64,000 nucleotides of DNA from Octopus sinensis (GCF_006345805.1 NC_043000.1:22258001-22322000); one strand, 5' to 3'; positions 36,179-49,752 are shown, counted from the first letter of the stretch. Notes: generated by a model from the letters alone, not told the origin. Made by a program: numbers and translations.

Positions 36179-36671
36179 CATCATCATCATCATCAATTTA
36201 AAATCTATTTCCCCATGTATTTAAATGTCAGGCAAGATTTGTTGGGGCAAAATTTCTGAAGCTGGATGCTTTTTCTGTTACCAATCCTTACCTGTCTTCA
36301 AGCAAGATAATATTGTTTTTTTTTTTCAGTTGGGACATGTTTTCACAGAAGATTGCAAATAACTGTCACCAAGAATGAAATTTGTTTACAATTAGCATGC
36401 AATGTCAAAACAAAGGGACACACATCCACACTCTCACATCCACACATATACACAAGCTTCTTTTCAGTTTCCATTACCAAATTCAGTCACAAGCTTTTGG
36501 TCAACCCGGGGCTATTATGAAGGACCCATGCCCAAGGTGTTGCACAGAGTAACTAAATCTGACTCTACATAACTGTAAAGCAAACTTTTTGATTGCTCAG
36601 CCATCTTGCCTTCATCTGTGTGTATGTATGTGTGTGTGTGCATGCGCATGCACACACACTCACATATGTAC

Positions 36672-36710
<39 letters not shown>

Positions 36711-36713
<3 letters not shown>

Positions 36714-36870
36714 TTATCTTCGTTTAGCGTCCGCTTTCCATGCTAGCATGGGTTGGACGGTTCAACTGGGGTCTGGGAAGCCAGAAGGCTGCACCAGGCC
36801 CAGTCTGATCTGGCAATGTTTCTACGGCTGGATGCCCTTCCTAATGCCAACCCCTTCCTAACGCCAACGT
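36711..36870 (-). mobile_element. RTE 3'-UTR fragment between (TA)n arrays
   Basis: Matches 31090-31225. Confidence 0.85.
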
Positions 36871-36880
36871 TCAAGCTTTA

Positions 36881-36973
<93 letters not shown>

Positions 36974-37027
36974 CATACAAACACACATATGTATATATGG
37001 GTACAGGACGTCACCAACAGTAAACAA

Positions 37028-37257
37028 CATGAAATATGAAAACAAATGAGGTCAATATGAAAACAACAGTAGAAACAAATAGAAAACAGGACAAGTAACA
37101 TAAAGAACGGCCCTTCATCAGCTGCTGGCTGTCTATCTACACATCATATCGAGCATTGAACGACAACTGATGAAGGGTCGTTCTTTATGTTACTTGTCCT
37201 GTTTTCTATTTGTTTCTCTCGTTTCCATATTGGACTCATTTATTTTCGTATTTCATG
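37028..37257. repeat. Foldback (inverted) repeat with about 90-bp arms and a 45-nt loop, between (TA)n arrays
   Basis: 37028-37121 versus the reverse complement of 37167-37257; the inner 50 bp has 1 mismatch. Confidence 0.92.
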
Positions 37258-37270
37258 TGTGTGTGTATAT

Positions 37271-37373
<103 letters not shown>

Positions 37374-37430
37374 TTATATTATTATTTGACTGACTGCCAT
37401 GCATCCATTTCCAAGTAAGCATGTATATAC

Positions 37431-37489
<59 letters not shown>

Positions 37490-38730
37490 GTATATATATG
37501 TATATATATATGAACTGAGATGTTTGGTGATATGAGGTTCTAGAGAAGACCTGCCCACATCAGCAAAACTAGAAGAGTTGTGTCCCACCCCATGTAACAA
37601 CAAACTTTTCACACACCCTACCCCAAGAAACCAAACTACATCCATTCTAAAAAGCATCTTTCTCTTCCTCACATTTCCTCTTCATAAACTATGATTGTCT
37701 TCCAATCCTCTTTCTTGCCCTCTACCCAGGTTTTTGTCAGTCACTGCAATCCCCGCTCCCTACTTGCACTTTCTTAACAACACCTGACTGTGCATATTAT
37801 GACCTTCATACCTCTCTTTTCTTTACTCTGCCATCATATCTATGCTCTGATCCTTGTTACTTATGAGTATACCCTGACACTTCACCATCTCTCTCCTGCT
37901 CTCTCTTATATTTTTGCTGTTTCCTACTCTCCCTCTCTCTCTTTTCCTCACTCTTTCCTCTGGCTGGGTAACCAGATATCTCCTTTACAGCAGCAAACCT
38001 ATTTCTACCCTCATTCTTGGTTACTCTCTCTCTCTTTCTCTCTTTGTCTCGCTCGGTGGATAACCATGTACATCCTCTATAGCAAGACACCTATTTCTGC
38101 CTCTCTATTTCTCTGTCACACTCTAACCTTTCACCATCTGTTACTAGATCACCTCTTCCAATTCCCCCACCTGTAACTGCCTCTCTGTCTCTTTGTCACC
38201 CTCTAACCTTTAATCTTCTGACATGAGTTCACCTCCTCAAATGCTCCTGCTCTTCTCATAATTCGTTATCTTGTGAGTTACTTGGTGGCTCTGAATTGAT
38301 GATTTTCCTGACATCAAACACTCTACAAAATGTATTGTGTGCATTTTTTTCATGGCACCAGCATTAGAGAGGTTACTATGTTCTCAACGAAGTGAAAAGT
38401 TCCTCTAAATTCACTTGTCAGCGACTTTACAGAATGTCTTGCTTGGGTGGATTTCTAGTGGCACCAAAAATTGTACGGTGCACTTATCCCTTGAAGATTA
38501 GAGACTCATCACAACTCTATATAGTGCTCACTTATTCAATTATTTAGTTGACGAGATGAATGAAAGAGACAGCCATGACAGGAGAATCAGGTTGGGTAGG
38601 GAAATGAGAGCAAGGGTGTGATGGTAGAAACAGAGTGATTGGGATGAGAAAGTAGTGGAAGAGATGAGAGTGATGGATTGTATTGGAAGTAGATAAAGGA
38701 ATGGCAAAAATGAATAATGCAACCTGTTTT

Positions 38731-39107
38731 AGGCGCAGGAGTGGCTGTGTGGTAAGTAGCTTGCTTACCAACCACATGGTTCCGGGTTCAGTCCCACTGC
38801 GTGGCACCTTGGGCAAGTGTCTTCTACTATAGCCTCGGGCTGACCAAAGCCTTGTGAGTGGATTTGGTAGACGGAAACTGAAAGAAGCCCGTCGTATATA
38901 TGTATATGTATATATATGTGTTTGTGTGTGTTTGTATGTCTGTGTTTGTTCCCCCAACATCGCTTGACAACCAATGCTGGTGTTTTTACATCCCCATAAC
39001 TTAGTGGTTCAGCAAAAGAGACCGATAGAATAAGTACTAGGCTTCCAAAGAATAAGTCCTGGGGTCGATTTGGTCGACTAAAAGTGGTGCTCCAGGATGG
39101 CCACATG
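38731..39107 (+). mobile_element. SINE family B
   Basis: Near-consensus head ggcgcaggagtggctgtgtggtaag and CORE-like block. Confidence 0.92.
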
Positions 39108-39344
39108 AGAGAGAGATGAACATTAATTCATATTAACTTGAGTTGGGTAGTATTATAGAAAGGTCTTATGCCCCAACTACATTACTACATGTAAGGGGTG
39201 CCTCTGTGGGGATGGCTATCATTCACCAACCATTTACAAAGTGTACTGGATGCATATTTTAGCACCAGTACAAAAGGACTCCTTTGTCTCCTGAAAGATG
39301 TCTGTGTGTGCTTGAGACATGACCAAGTTAGTGGTAAATCTACA

Positions 39345-39850
39345 CATACATAGCCGAACTATTGAGAAATCTGCAGTTACTCTATCCAGATTACAAGTTC
39401 AGGTTTATACCTGTAATTATTGGGGCCCTGGGATATGTAAAACACTGCCTAAATACCAATCTTGAAAAATTATACTTCTCAAAATCAGAAAAGAGAAAAA
39501 GCTAATTAGAAGACTACAGATCCAATTCATCACTGGAACTGTAAAAATCTGTAAAACTTTCCAGAAGTTTATCATTTAAATATATATGAGCATGTCTAGA
39601 TATGCAACGATATGTATAAGAATACATACATAAAACTTACAAATCTGTACATATATGCATACATACATGCATACATACATACATACATACATACATACAT
39701 ACATACATACATACATACATACATACATACATACAAATATAAATACCGTGTTGTTGATGTTGAAATTCCAATGAAGGAACCTTGGATCTAGGTTAGAAAC
39801 TGGTTCTTTCTCTTTTGGCAAGATATCTTGAAATATACTGAACAATTACA
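39345..39850 (+). mobile_element. R4/Dong-like (restriction-like endonuclease) non-LTR element 3' end
   Basis: YIAELLRNLQLLYPDYKFRFIPVIIGALGYVKHCLNTNLEKL/KLIRRLQIQFITGTVKICKTFQKFII*, then a 3' UTR running into (TACA)n. Confidence 0.7.
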
Positions 39851-40620
39851 TACCTACCAACCTACCTACCTACCTACCTACCCACATACATACATACATC
39901 TATACATCCATCCATCTATCTATCCATACATACATACATACATACATACATACATAAATACATACATACATACATACATGCATGCATACATACATACATA
40001 CATACATACATACATACATACATACATACATACATACATACATACATACATACATACACTTGCATAATTTACCCATAATTACTTCCCTGTTGCTCTTGTA
40101 CAAATGAAACTTCATTCCTTCTCCATCATTTCTGGTCATTCAGACTCCATGATTTTCAACATGACTGAACATAGAACAAAACTTATTTTTCCATAACAAT
40201 TATTTTTCTTTCCTTCCTCTACAGTTCTTTCTCCTATCTTATCTAACTTTCCGAAAAATACCTAAGTTCAAAATGCCAAAGACACTTCCACTTTCTTAAT
40301 CTTATATTGAATGTTAATAGCGCTTTAGCATTCAGTTTATTTTTGTTGTTATATTTATCATAAATTTTTTATCTCTGTATATGTGTGTATGTGCATGCAT
40401 GTGCGCACGCACACACACACAAGTATATGTTTACAGGCATGGGCATGGCTGTGTGGTTAAGAAGTTTGCTTGCCAAGAATATAGTTTCAGGTCCAGTCCC
40501 ATTGTATGGCACCTTGGGCAAGTGTCTGCTTGCGTGGTCCTAGGCAAACTAAAATACTGTGAGTAGATTTAGAAGGAAACTGAAACAGGCCTATCGTATA
40601 TATATATATATATATATATA

Positions 40621-41165
40621 TCATTATCATCATTTAATGTCCGTTGTCCATGCTGGCATGGGTTGGATGGTTTGATCAGGGCTGGCAAGCTGGAAGGCTG
40701 CCCCAGACTCCAGTCTGATTTGCATGGTTTCTACAGCTGTATGCCTTTCCTAATGCCAACCACTCCAAGAGTGTAATGAGTGCTTTTATGTGCCACCAGC
40801 ATGGGTGCCATTTGCGTGACACTGGTATCTGCCACAACTGTGATTTTACTTGGCTTGATGGCTCTTCTTCTCAAGCATGATATAATGCCAAAGGTTTCGG
40901 TTATTGCTTCTGTGAGGTCCAACACTCAAATGGTCCTTCTGTTTGTTTGGCAGACCCACTTGTGGGGCGTAGGCAGAGATTATTGCAGCTATACTATTCT
41001 GCAAGACTAGCCTGAACTTGACTACCTCTATGTCCTTATCAACCCATTTCTCTGCAAAAAGTATGCCCACACCACCTACCCCATCACTGTTCCCTTCCCA
41101 GAAGATTTTATACCTATGTGTCTTGCCTGTGGGGAACCTGTCTGAATCTCCTCTTGAATGCAGCA
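40621..41165 (-). mobile_element. Internally deleted RTE: EN N-terminus fused to the ORF C-terminus and 3' UTR
   Basis: RYKIFWEGNSDGVGGVGILFAEKWVDK..SAYAPQVGLPNKQKD joined to RNLWHYIMLEKKSHQAK*, then 3' UTR and tail; (TA)n flanks. Confidence 0.85.
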
Positions 41166-42707
41166 CATATATATATAAAATGAAAATATATACTTTAACA
41201 ACATCACTTTTCAGAATATAATTATGAACTGACTCCTAAAAATAAACACATCAAGAACTTTATTAGTTTAAAATATTGTATAAGGTTCATAGAAAATTAA
41301 TTTTTTCATCTTCAAATGTGATATCATTTTTGTAGGGAGTGCGAAAATTAATGAAACATTTCCTAGACGAGCAGGGGTTAGAAACCACTGTTCTATTTCT
41401 GGCTGAAGATGCTGTAAATTGAAACAGCATGCTATTACAGATTTAAGAATAGTTCTTTGGAATAATTTCTCATTCGTTTGGGATAGAGACAGTAAGTCAA
41501 TATTTTCTTAAAATTAGTAGTGATTTAACATAAAATATCTCCTGATAGTATTTATATCAAGTTACTTTGGCTAAGAGAGCAATTACCATATTTACATTTG
41601 ATAGGATTCACTTTTTTATTGCCAAGATATCCTGAAAATTTCTATGAATCTTCCAGGATGAAAGTGATAGTTTTTAACATAAAAACTTAGCTTTGGTGTC
41701 TACTCAAAACAGTTAAAATTTTTTTTTTTTTATTGAGATCGCTATCTTATTGCTTACCAATTGCAACTATTTTCAATAGTATAACATATTCAGTTAAATT
41801 TATTGGTGTCATATTAACAAAATTTGTATAAAGAACTGTGTGATAGTAATATGAAGATACATTCTTAAGGGAAAAAGCTAGAAGACTGGTAGATATTTTC
41901 ATTTAAATTAAAAATTATTGAAAAGTACTGATATTGCCTGGTGAGTAGTTCTGAATGGAGGTACTGAAAGGTGAGAATGTAGCCTATTTATGTAAGAATT
42001 TAGCCTAAATTGCATTGACTGCTGAAGGAAAAAAAACATTTTTCCTTGAATATTTTCCTTCAAATATTAGAAAACATCTGTAACATATCTTGTAAGGTGT
42101 AAAAGAAGTTATTTTTTTACTATTAAAATTAATTAGTGGCTGTACATGTTTAAATTTTGAAGCCACGTTTTGAGGATGAATGTTACAGATCAACTTTGAG
42201 GATGATAGAAATATCTTGTCAGAGTCGCAACATTTGACTCAACAAAGTTTGTGTTGTTGTATGAGAATTTTGTTGCCTACATTGGTGGGGAACCTGGGAA
42301 GCTCTGGTGTCACAGTGGAAAGGACCAAAACACCTACAGAGTTGATGAGATATTGATTCTGGCATTCAGAGACAGAGTAGAACAACACTCTCAGCACTTG
42401 TTTATCCTAAATGTAGGGTTTCTTAGGCAAAGGGAATACAAAATATACACAAACATGGACTCATATGCTCAGTTTGAACATTACATATCAATTGGAACTG
42501 TTCCTTGATTTGTCTGCTACTTTCCGGGTTCTTTATAATAAAATATGTGATATGAAAAGTTAGATTATAATTGTTTTGTATTTTGTTTCAAACCTCACCA
42601 CAATCTTTGGCTCACAGATCTAATATCTCCTCTCCTGCCTGTTAGTGGAGACATGTGGCTGATTTGTAAAGGTGCTGGACTCATGATCATAAGATTTACA
42701 GTTTCAT

Positions 42708-43120
42708 ATTTCTTTATTGCCCACAAGAGGCTAAACATAGAGGGGACAAACAAGGACAGACAAAGGGATTTAAGTCGATTACATCGACCCCAGTGCTTAA
42801 CTAGTACTTATTTAATTGACCCCGAAAGGATGAAAGGCTAAGTCAACCTTGGCGGAATCTGAACTCAAAACGTAGCAACAGACGAAATACCTATTTCTTT
42901 ACTACCCACAAGGGGCTAAACACAGAGAGGACAAACAAGGACAGACAAAGGGATTTAAGTCGATTACATCGACCCCAGTGCGTAACTGGTACTTATTTAA
43001 TCAACCCCGAAAGGATGAAAAGCTAAATCGACCTTGGCAGAATTTGAACTCAGAACGTAGCAGCAGATGAAATACCGCCAAGCATTTCACCCGGCATTCT
43101 AAATTTCTGCCAGCTTGCTG
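42708..43120 (-). mobile_element. SINE family A dimer
   Basis: Junction gaaata|ggtatttcgtc at about 42885-42900. Confidence 0.88.
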
Positions 43121-43746
43121 CCAATACAGAGATTACAGTTTCAATTCCTTGAACAGGTGATGTGTTGTGTTTTTGAGCAGAACACTTCATTTTGTTCCAG
43201 TCTACTCAGCTGGCAAAAACTGTAATCCTATGACGGACCACTGTCCCGTCCAGTGGGGAATATATATGTCACAGAAACCAGAAAACCAAGCTTATGAGTC
43301 TTTTTGAGTCAGGAAGAAGCTTATCCTCCCTGCCTATTATTTTGCTGTTACAACAGTTTCCACTTCTCTGGACTAATTATCTGCCATACAGTCTTCATCC
43401 AGCCGTATCTTTATACCCGCCCATCCTACTCACAACACTCTGACTGCTTCTGACTGCACTAACTACTGTTTTCAATCCAATGCATTGACCCCTTGCTTTA
43501 AACATTTCACCCCAAAATGCCGACCCTTTGGAATTGGAATTCTCTTCTCATCTACATTTTCCCTCCAAACATTAACTTGTAGATATTCATGCTGAACATA
43601 AACCATATATAACAGTTCTATATTTAAGAGATGAGGAATTATGTACATTATTTACATTTGGACATGTGATGTTTGTTCTTGAGCAGAACATTTCATTTTG
43701 TTCCAGTCCACTCAGCTGGCAAAAACATGTAGTCCTGTGACAAATG

Positions 43747-43835
43747 GGCATATGGTGTAGTGGTTAAGAGTGTGGGCTACTAACCCCAAGATTCCGAGTT
43801 CGATTCCAGGCAATGACCTGAATAATAATAATGTA

Positions 43836-43869
<34 letters not shown>

Positions 43870-44022
43870 TCGAAAAATACCTTAGGAATGAGAACCCAGG
43901 TTCAAAATTTCCCCAAGACACCTGACGAAGGCTGGAGGGTATATCAGCCAAAACGTTGTGTTAACAACAAACAAGATAAGGATAAATATCCGTCAAATGT
44001 AAATAAGGTAAATAATGTAGAT
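43747..44022 (+). mobile_element. tRNA-headed SINE (family E) with (AAT)n spacer and hammerhead-bearing PLE-like tail
   Basis: A box tggtgtagtgg and B box agttcgattcc (43747-43818), (AAT)n, then a hammerhead motif at 43917-43962. Confidence 0.7.
43917..43962 (+). ncRNA. Minimal type I hammerhead motif with a G12A substitution
   Basis: GACAC-CUGACGA-A-GGCUG-(10 nt)-CAGCC-[A]AAA-CG-UU^GUGUU; palindromic ACGU stem III. Confidence 0.6.
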
Positions 44023-44482
44023 AAACCGTATATATCTCACCAGTCTTAAAGGGACCACAAATATTTCAAACATAGCTTCATCTCTAGCTCAGTCATAAAA
44101 AGTATCTAAAATATGATATTGTTTCTTATATCCTTACTGGTTTCAAAACTACGTAATGAAACTGGCCATCATCATGTCTTTAATAAATTCTATTTCTATA
44201 TTCAATACAAAGCTTTACAATTTGATTTGTCAGATGTTGTTAGTTAGCACATTGGGCAAAATCCTTTGTAGCATTTTGTCCATATTTATGTTCTGGGTAA
44301 GGTGGTAAGCTGGCAGAAACGTTAGCATGTCGCGAAAAATACATAGTGGTATTTCGTCTGTGTTTATGTTTATGCAAAGTCGACTTTGCATTTCATCCTT
44401 TGGACAAAATGCTGCTAAGGGTTTCACCCAATGTGCTAACAATATATGTATTTCAGGATGGTAATTTTATTTACTCTCTTTT

Positions 44483-44812
44483 TACTCTTTCACTGGTTTC
44501 AGTCATTTGACTGTGGCCATGCTGGAGCACTGCCTTTAATCGTGCAAATCGACCCCAGGACTTATTCTTTGTAAGCCTAGTACTTATTCTATTGGACTCT
44601 TTTGCCGAACTGCTAAGTTATGGTGACATAAACACACCACCATCAGTTGTCAAACGATGTTGGCGGGGACAAACACAGACACACATACATATATACGATG
44701 GGCTTCTTTCAGTTTCCGTCTACATATAATCTTCTATATAGTAGAAGACACTTGCCCAAGGTGCCACACAGTGGGACTGAACCCGGAACCATGTGGTTGG
44801 TAAGCAAACTAC
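44483..44812 (-). mobile_element. SINE family B
   Basis: Family B motifs, with an internal deletion. Confidence 0.88.
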
Positions 44813-46059
44813 TTTATTATTTATATATATATTTTTGATAAACGTATATATATATATATTACCCTCTGACTGATTATATTCTGAGTGAACTTTACCTTTC
44901 ATCCTTTCGGGGTCAATAAAATAAGTACCAGTTGAGAACTGGGGTTCTTGTAATCAACTAACTCTTACCCTCAAATTGCTGGCCTTGTGCCAAAATTTGA
45001 AATCATCACGATTAAAGCTATTAATGCAGTGAGTTGGCAGAATCATTAATACATCAGACAAAATGCTTAGCAGCGTTTTTTACCTCTTTTTTTTTTGGCT
45101 CTTTACATTCTGAGTTCAAATCTCACCAAGGTCAACTTTGCCTTTCATCTTTTTCAGGGTTGATAAAATAAAGCACTTGGGTTGATGTAACAAACTTACC
45201 CACTTTCACTAAAATTACTGGCCTTGTGTCAAAATTTGAAGCTATTATTAAAGCTATCAATAATCGAATGTACAAAATCTGAATTCACAGACCTCACAAC
45301 TTAAAAAACCTGATTACTATTTAAAATATCACAATAGTTTCAACAAAATCAACATTTTCCATAAAATCAACAGCCAATCATTTACAAATACATCCGTCAA
45401 TTGAAAGATCATTACATTCCTCGTTAAAAATATTACAAAAGAGCAGACAATTTCTAATCCGAAAATAGATTATGATTATTATCAATTCTATTGCCATTTC
45501 TAACACTGCATAATTCCACAAATTTGGGCAGAAGGTATGGTTGATTAATTCAGCCCCATTATTTGACTCTGTGCTTCATTTTATCAACCCTCAGAAGCAT
45601 GAAAAGCCAAGTTGAACTTTGCAGTAATTAAGTTCATAACGAAGAAATACAACTAAATACTGCACAGCATTTTGTTTATTGCTCTACTAATTCATTATCA
45701 GTTCTCATATTGATTATTGTAAACACTCCCCTTCGTCGTCTCCGGGATATAAAAAACAAAACAAAAAAAAAAGCATTTACATCTTCAAAACAATTGACTG
45801 ATTTTTATAACACTTTTATGTATCACAACTGGCAAGCAATAAACAATTATGTTGGTTCCAGATTTCTGAGAGGCCAATCACTGGTTTGACAAGGGAATAT
45901 CTATGTATAGCTTGTTGTAGAACAAATATCACAAGGAATTTCGCTCTAAAAGCAACTAATTTTTCAGTTTACTTGTCAGTGTTTATATTCTTCACTGGTA
46001 CACAGTGGTAAAAGATATACATAAATACATACGTATATGTGTGTGTGTGTGTGTCTGTG

Positions 46060-46114
<55 letters not shown>

Positions 46115-46296
46115 CAGTTGCGGCCAAAATGTTCAGAACGGCATTGTTTTCGTCAGAAAAGTAGGTATAAGTTTTTATCAAAGTTGTTTTATATTCTATA
46201 ATTTTCACAGACAATAAATACGATATGAATTGTTATTGTCTGAGATTTTGGTGTAATTTGAGAGGATAATAAAAAACTTATGGATGATTTAGTGAT

Positions 46297-46608
46297 TATA
46301 TATATATATCATCATCATCATCATCGTTTAACGTCTGTTTTCCATGCTGGCATGGGCTGGACAGTTTGACTGAGGTCTGGAGAGCCAGTAGGCTGCAGCA
46401 GGCTCCAATCTGATCTGGCAATGTTTCTACAGCTGGATGCATTTCCTAACGCCAACCACTCTGAGAGTGTAGTGGGTGCTTTTTACATGCCATTGGCACA
46501 GGTGTCAGTCAGGTGGACCTGGCATCGATCACGTTTGGATAGTGCTTTTTACGTGCCACCGGCATGGGACTCAGTCAGGGGGCACTGACATTGATTACGT
46601 TCGGATAT
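46297..46608 (-). mobile_element. RTE 3'-UTR fragment
   Basis: Matches the 31081-31400 modules. Confidence 0.85.
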
Positions 46609-46766
46609 GACTTACTAAAAGATATCCAACATTTTGAAATACACTAACCACAATTCTATTTCATTATTTCAAACTTACAAATGTTAATGAATCAGTTAAT
46701 TGCTTGAGACCTCCTTTTGGATGAAATAATCATCAAATGTGTCACCACAACACAATCACATATAAA

Positions 46767-46975
46767 TATAGAGGGTGGCCCAAAAGTAGGTTTACAGTTA
46801 TTCAACTATCTCTTTCGCATTCTTATATTAGCAGTTTAGATATTAATTATAAAAAAATATGAAACCATTATTCTATGCTAATTTAGTTAACTGTAAGATA
46901 GAAATTTAAATGTAATAAAATGTTTTAAAAGAAATTTAAAGTGCTTACTTGAAAACTGTTGGCCCACTCTGTATA
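46767..46975. mobile_element. Tc1/mariner-type MITE
   Basis: ta-gagggtggcccaaaagt ... ctgttggcccactctg-ta imperfect TIRs. Confidence 0.6.
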
Positions 46976-47035
46976 TATATATCTAAGTGTGTACAAGTGT
47001 GTGTGTGTATGTAAATATATGTATAGATGTGTGTG

Positions 47036-47078
<43 letters not shown>

Positions 47079-48995
47079 CTCCCCTCAGTTAAGGAGGTCT
47101 TCTCATGTGTGTAACTTGGTGACCTCACTTGTGTTAGTGCCACATAAAAAACACCCAGTACATTCTGTAAAGTGGTTGGCATTAGGAAGAGCAAGACGTT
47201 GTGAACACAGGAGGTTTATGTCCATGTATTGCAAAAATATGGTTGCATGTATTTTTTATCTTTTTTCCTTTTTATTTTTCTACCTATTAGAGTAACTTCC
47301 CTTTTATTCAATGGATTTTCATAGTATCTGTTGCCATTAATAGCCGACAAGACTGAATTGTAGCTCTCTGACATTCGAAACACTGAGTACTAAAATGACA
47401 ACCTTTTACTGATTGTTCTAAATTATAAAATATAGATATATATGCCTATATTTGAAAATTAAAAATCAAAGTGCCTCATGATGAAATGGAACTTGAAACT
47501 AAGTGAATGCTGGGCAAACCTCTTAGCCACACAACCAAGCTCATACCTTAGTTGAAAGGAAGATTTCTTCTAGAAGAAATATGTGTTTAATACTTGTCAG
47601 TCTAAATTAGCTACCATTAAATGAGTAGTTCTATTGTATGAAAACATCAATAAATAATCCATTTAATTATTAAATCCCTTTCAATTAATTCTATGAATTA
47701 CTTCATCAGTCTTTACGCAGTGAACAGTGGTTGTAGAACAAACAAACACATGTGTATCTAGTCATTCTAGATACATCAGGTCTGAATAAAAGATAGGAAT
47801 ATCATTAATAAAAACCAGCATGGGAGCCTCTACTTTGTTGTGCATCATGTTAGAAATAACAGCCACATCTCCTTCAAAGCATGCCCTACCATTTTGTAAA
47901 AGAGAAAGATATATTGGAAAATGTAAGATGGCTATATTATGTTTGAATGAGATTGAAAAGAAAAGAGAGATAGTCATGGCTTGAATGCCCTTACTTACAG
48001 GTCCGCTTCATCAAGGATGACCCAGGGCATAACAATAATAACAACAAAAAAACAACCAACTTTCAGTAGTTAATGAGAGAGCCTCTTCCTGGTGTCTCAA
48101 CCTGCACAGAACAGCAGCCAAAGCCTCCTCAAATCAAACCGTTTCATCTTGAAAAGAAAGGATACAATGGATAAATACTACATTTGATGGCATATAAAAT
48201 GTTCTTTTTTCCCCACAAAATGTCTAAAAAAATCACCCTTGATTTTAAATGCCAAATTGGGCCTCCCATAAGCTTTAAAAACTTTTTTCCTGAATATGCA
48301 CCACAGAAACTGGGGTGCATCAAGTATGACCATGCATCTTTTATGCCATCGAATGCAGTAGTCATAGATAAAATATGTGTGAATAAACTATGGGATGGTC
48401 ATAAGCTGGATTGCTTTTGTTCATGGTTTTGTTTATTCAAGGCTGACATGAGGCTAACCAACAAAAAAAAAAAAAAAAAGATTCTTCTCATAAACATTTC
48501 CTCAATGGTTATTATGGCAGTGTCTCACTTAGTCTGAGAACCAGACAACAAATTAAAAAAACATTTCTGCTTACTGACTCACCAGTTCTAGTGCTTCTAA
48601 ACCTAAAACGTTTTAGCCAACCATTCACCGTGATACCAATCTAGTGTTATCCGAAAAGAACAGTAGCTCCACACTACTATAAATGTTTCATCGTTATTGT
48701 CATCCTCTCCACCACCCACCCTCGTCCTACATATCGGTCCACGTCATTGATTTATTGATCTTTTTGTTTTCCTAAAGTTATTATTAATGTTGCATTTATT
48801 CTGCCTTACATCAATCCCCACAGTTTATTATTGGAATCATTGTCCTTGTCTTCTATTATCTTATTACTTGAGCTTTCATTGTTTTCATCGTGTTTCCAGT
48901 TATATTGATATAGATGGTTGCTAACTGTGTTATAATTGTTCAAATTACTATCAAGTATATTTAAAGAATAAAAAAAAATTTATTTAAATTCATTA

Positions 48996-49061
<66 letters not shown>

Positions 49062-49266
49062 CTCTCTCTCTCTCTTTCTCTCTCTCTCTCCTCTCAACTC
49101 TCTCTCTCTCTCTCTCTGTAACTTCCTGTTCGGTTTGGATTGGAAATCAGGTATTTCTTACATTTATGTATATTTTATTGCAGACCCTATAAAGCATTAA
49201 TGGAAAGTAATTTTCCATATTCAAACTATCATCATCGTCGTAGTCGTCGTCATCGTCATTGTCATC

Positions 49267-49312
<46 letters not shown>

Positions 49313-49752
49313 CCACCACCATCACCACCACCACCATCATCACCACTGCCGCCACTGCCGCCGCCGCCACCACCACCATCATGCCACTGCTGTCTAAAAG
49401 CACCTGATACACTCTTTAAAGAGCTTGGTGTTAGGAAGGGTATCCAGCTGTGGAAACCATGCCGAAACAGAGATGGAGCCTGGGCTACTCTTCAGCTGGT
49501 CAGTTCCTGTCAAACTGTCCCACCCATGCCAGCATAAAAAAAAACGGATGATAAATGATGATGATGATGATGATGATACACAGTATTTAAATACGAGCTA
49601 CTAATAGTTTCAAATAAGACCAACCATGTGTTTTCAGCCTGAAGGATTGCTCAGAGACACAAAGCAACCTGCTAAATTGTTGTCTTTCCACGGTATGAAA
49701 CTATTAGTAACCCATATTTAAATACCGCTTATATTAAATGATATATAAACAT

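Noticed and set aside
41398-41441. Hammerhead-like CUGAAGA...GAAACAGCAUGCUAUU
   Set aside because: No stem II forms between the core halves and stems I and III have mismatches; a simple UGCUG/CAGCA hairpin explains it equally well.
42251-42508. 85-aa ORF in unique sequence
   Set aside because: Starts at TTG, has no recognisable domain and no convincing splice sites.
47665-47712. Minus-strand CUGAUGA...GAAA
   Set aside because: Stem II is irregular, with no stem III or stem I; expected by chance in AT-rich DNA.
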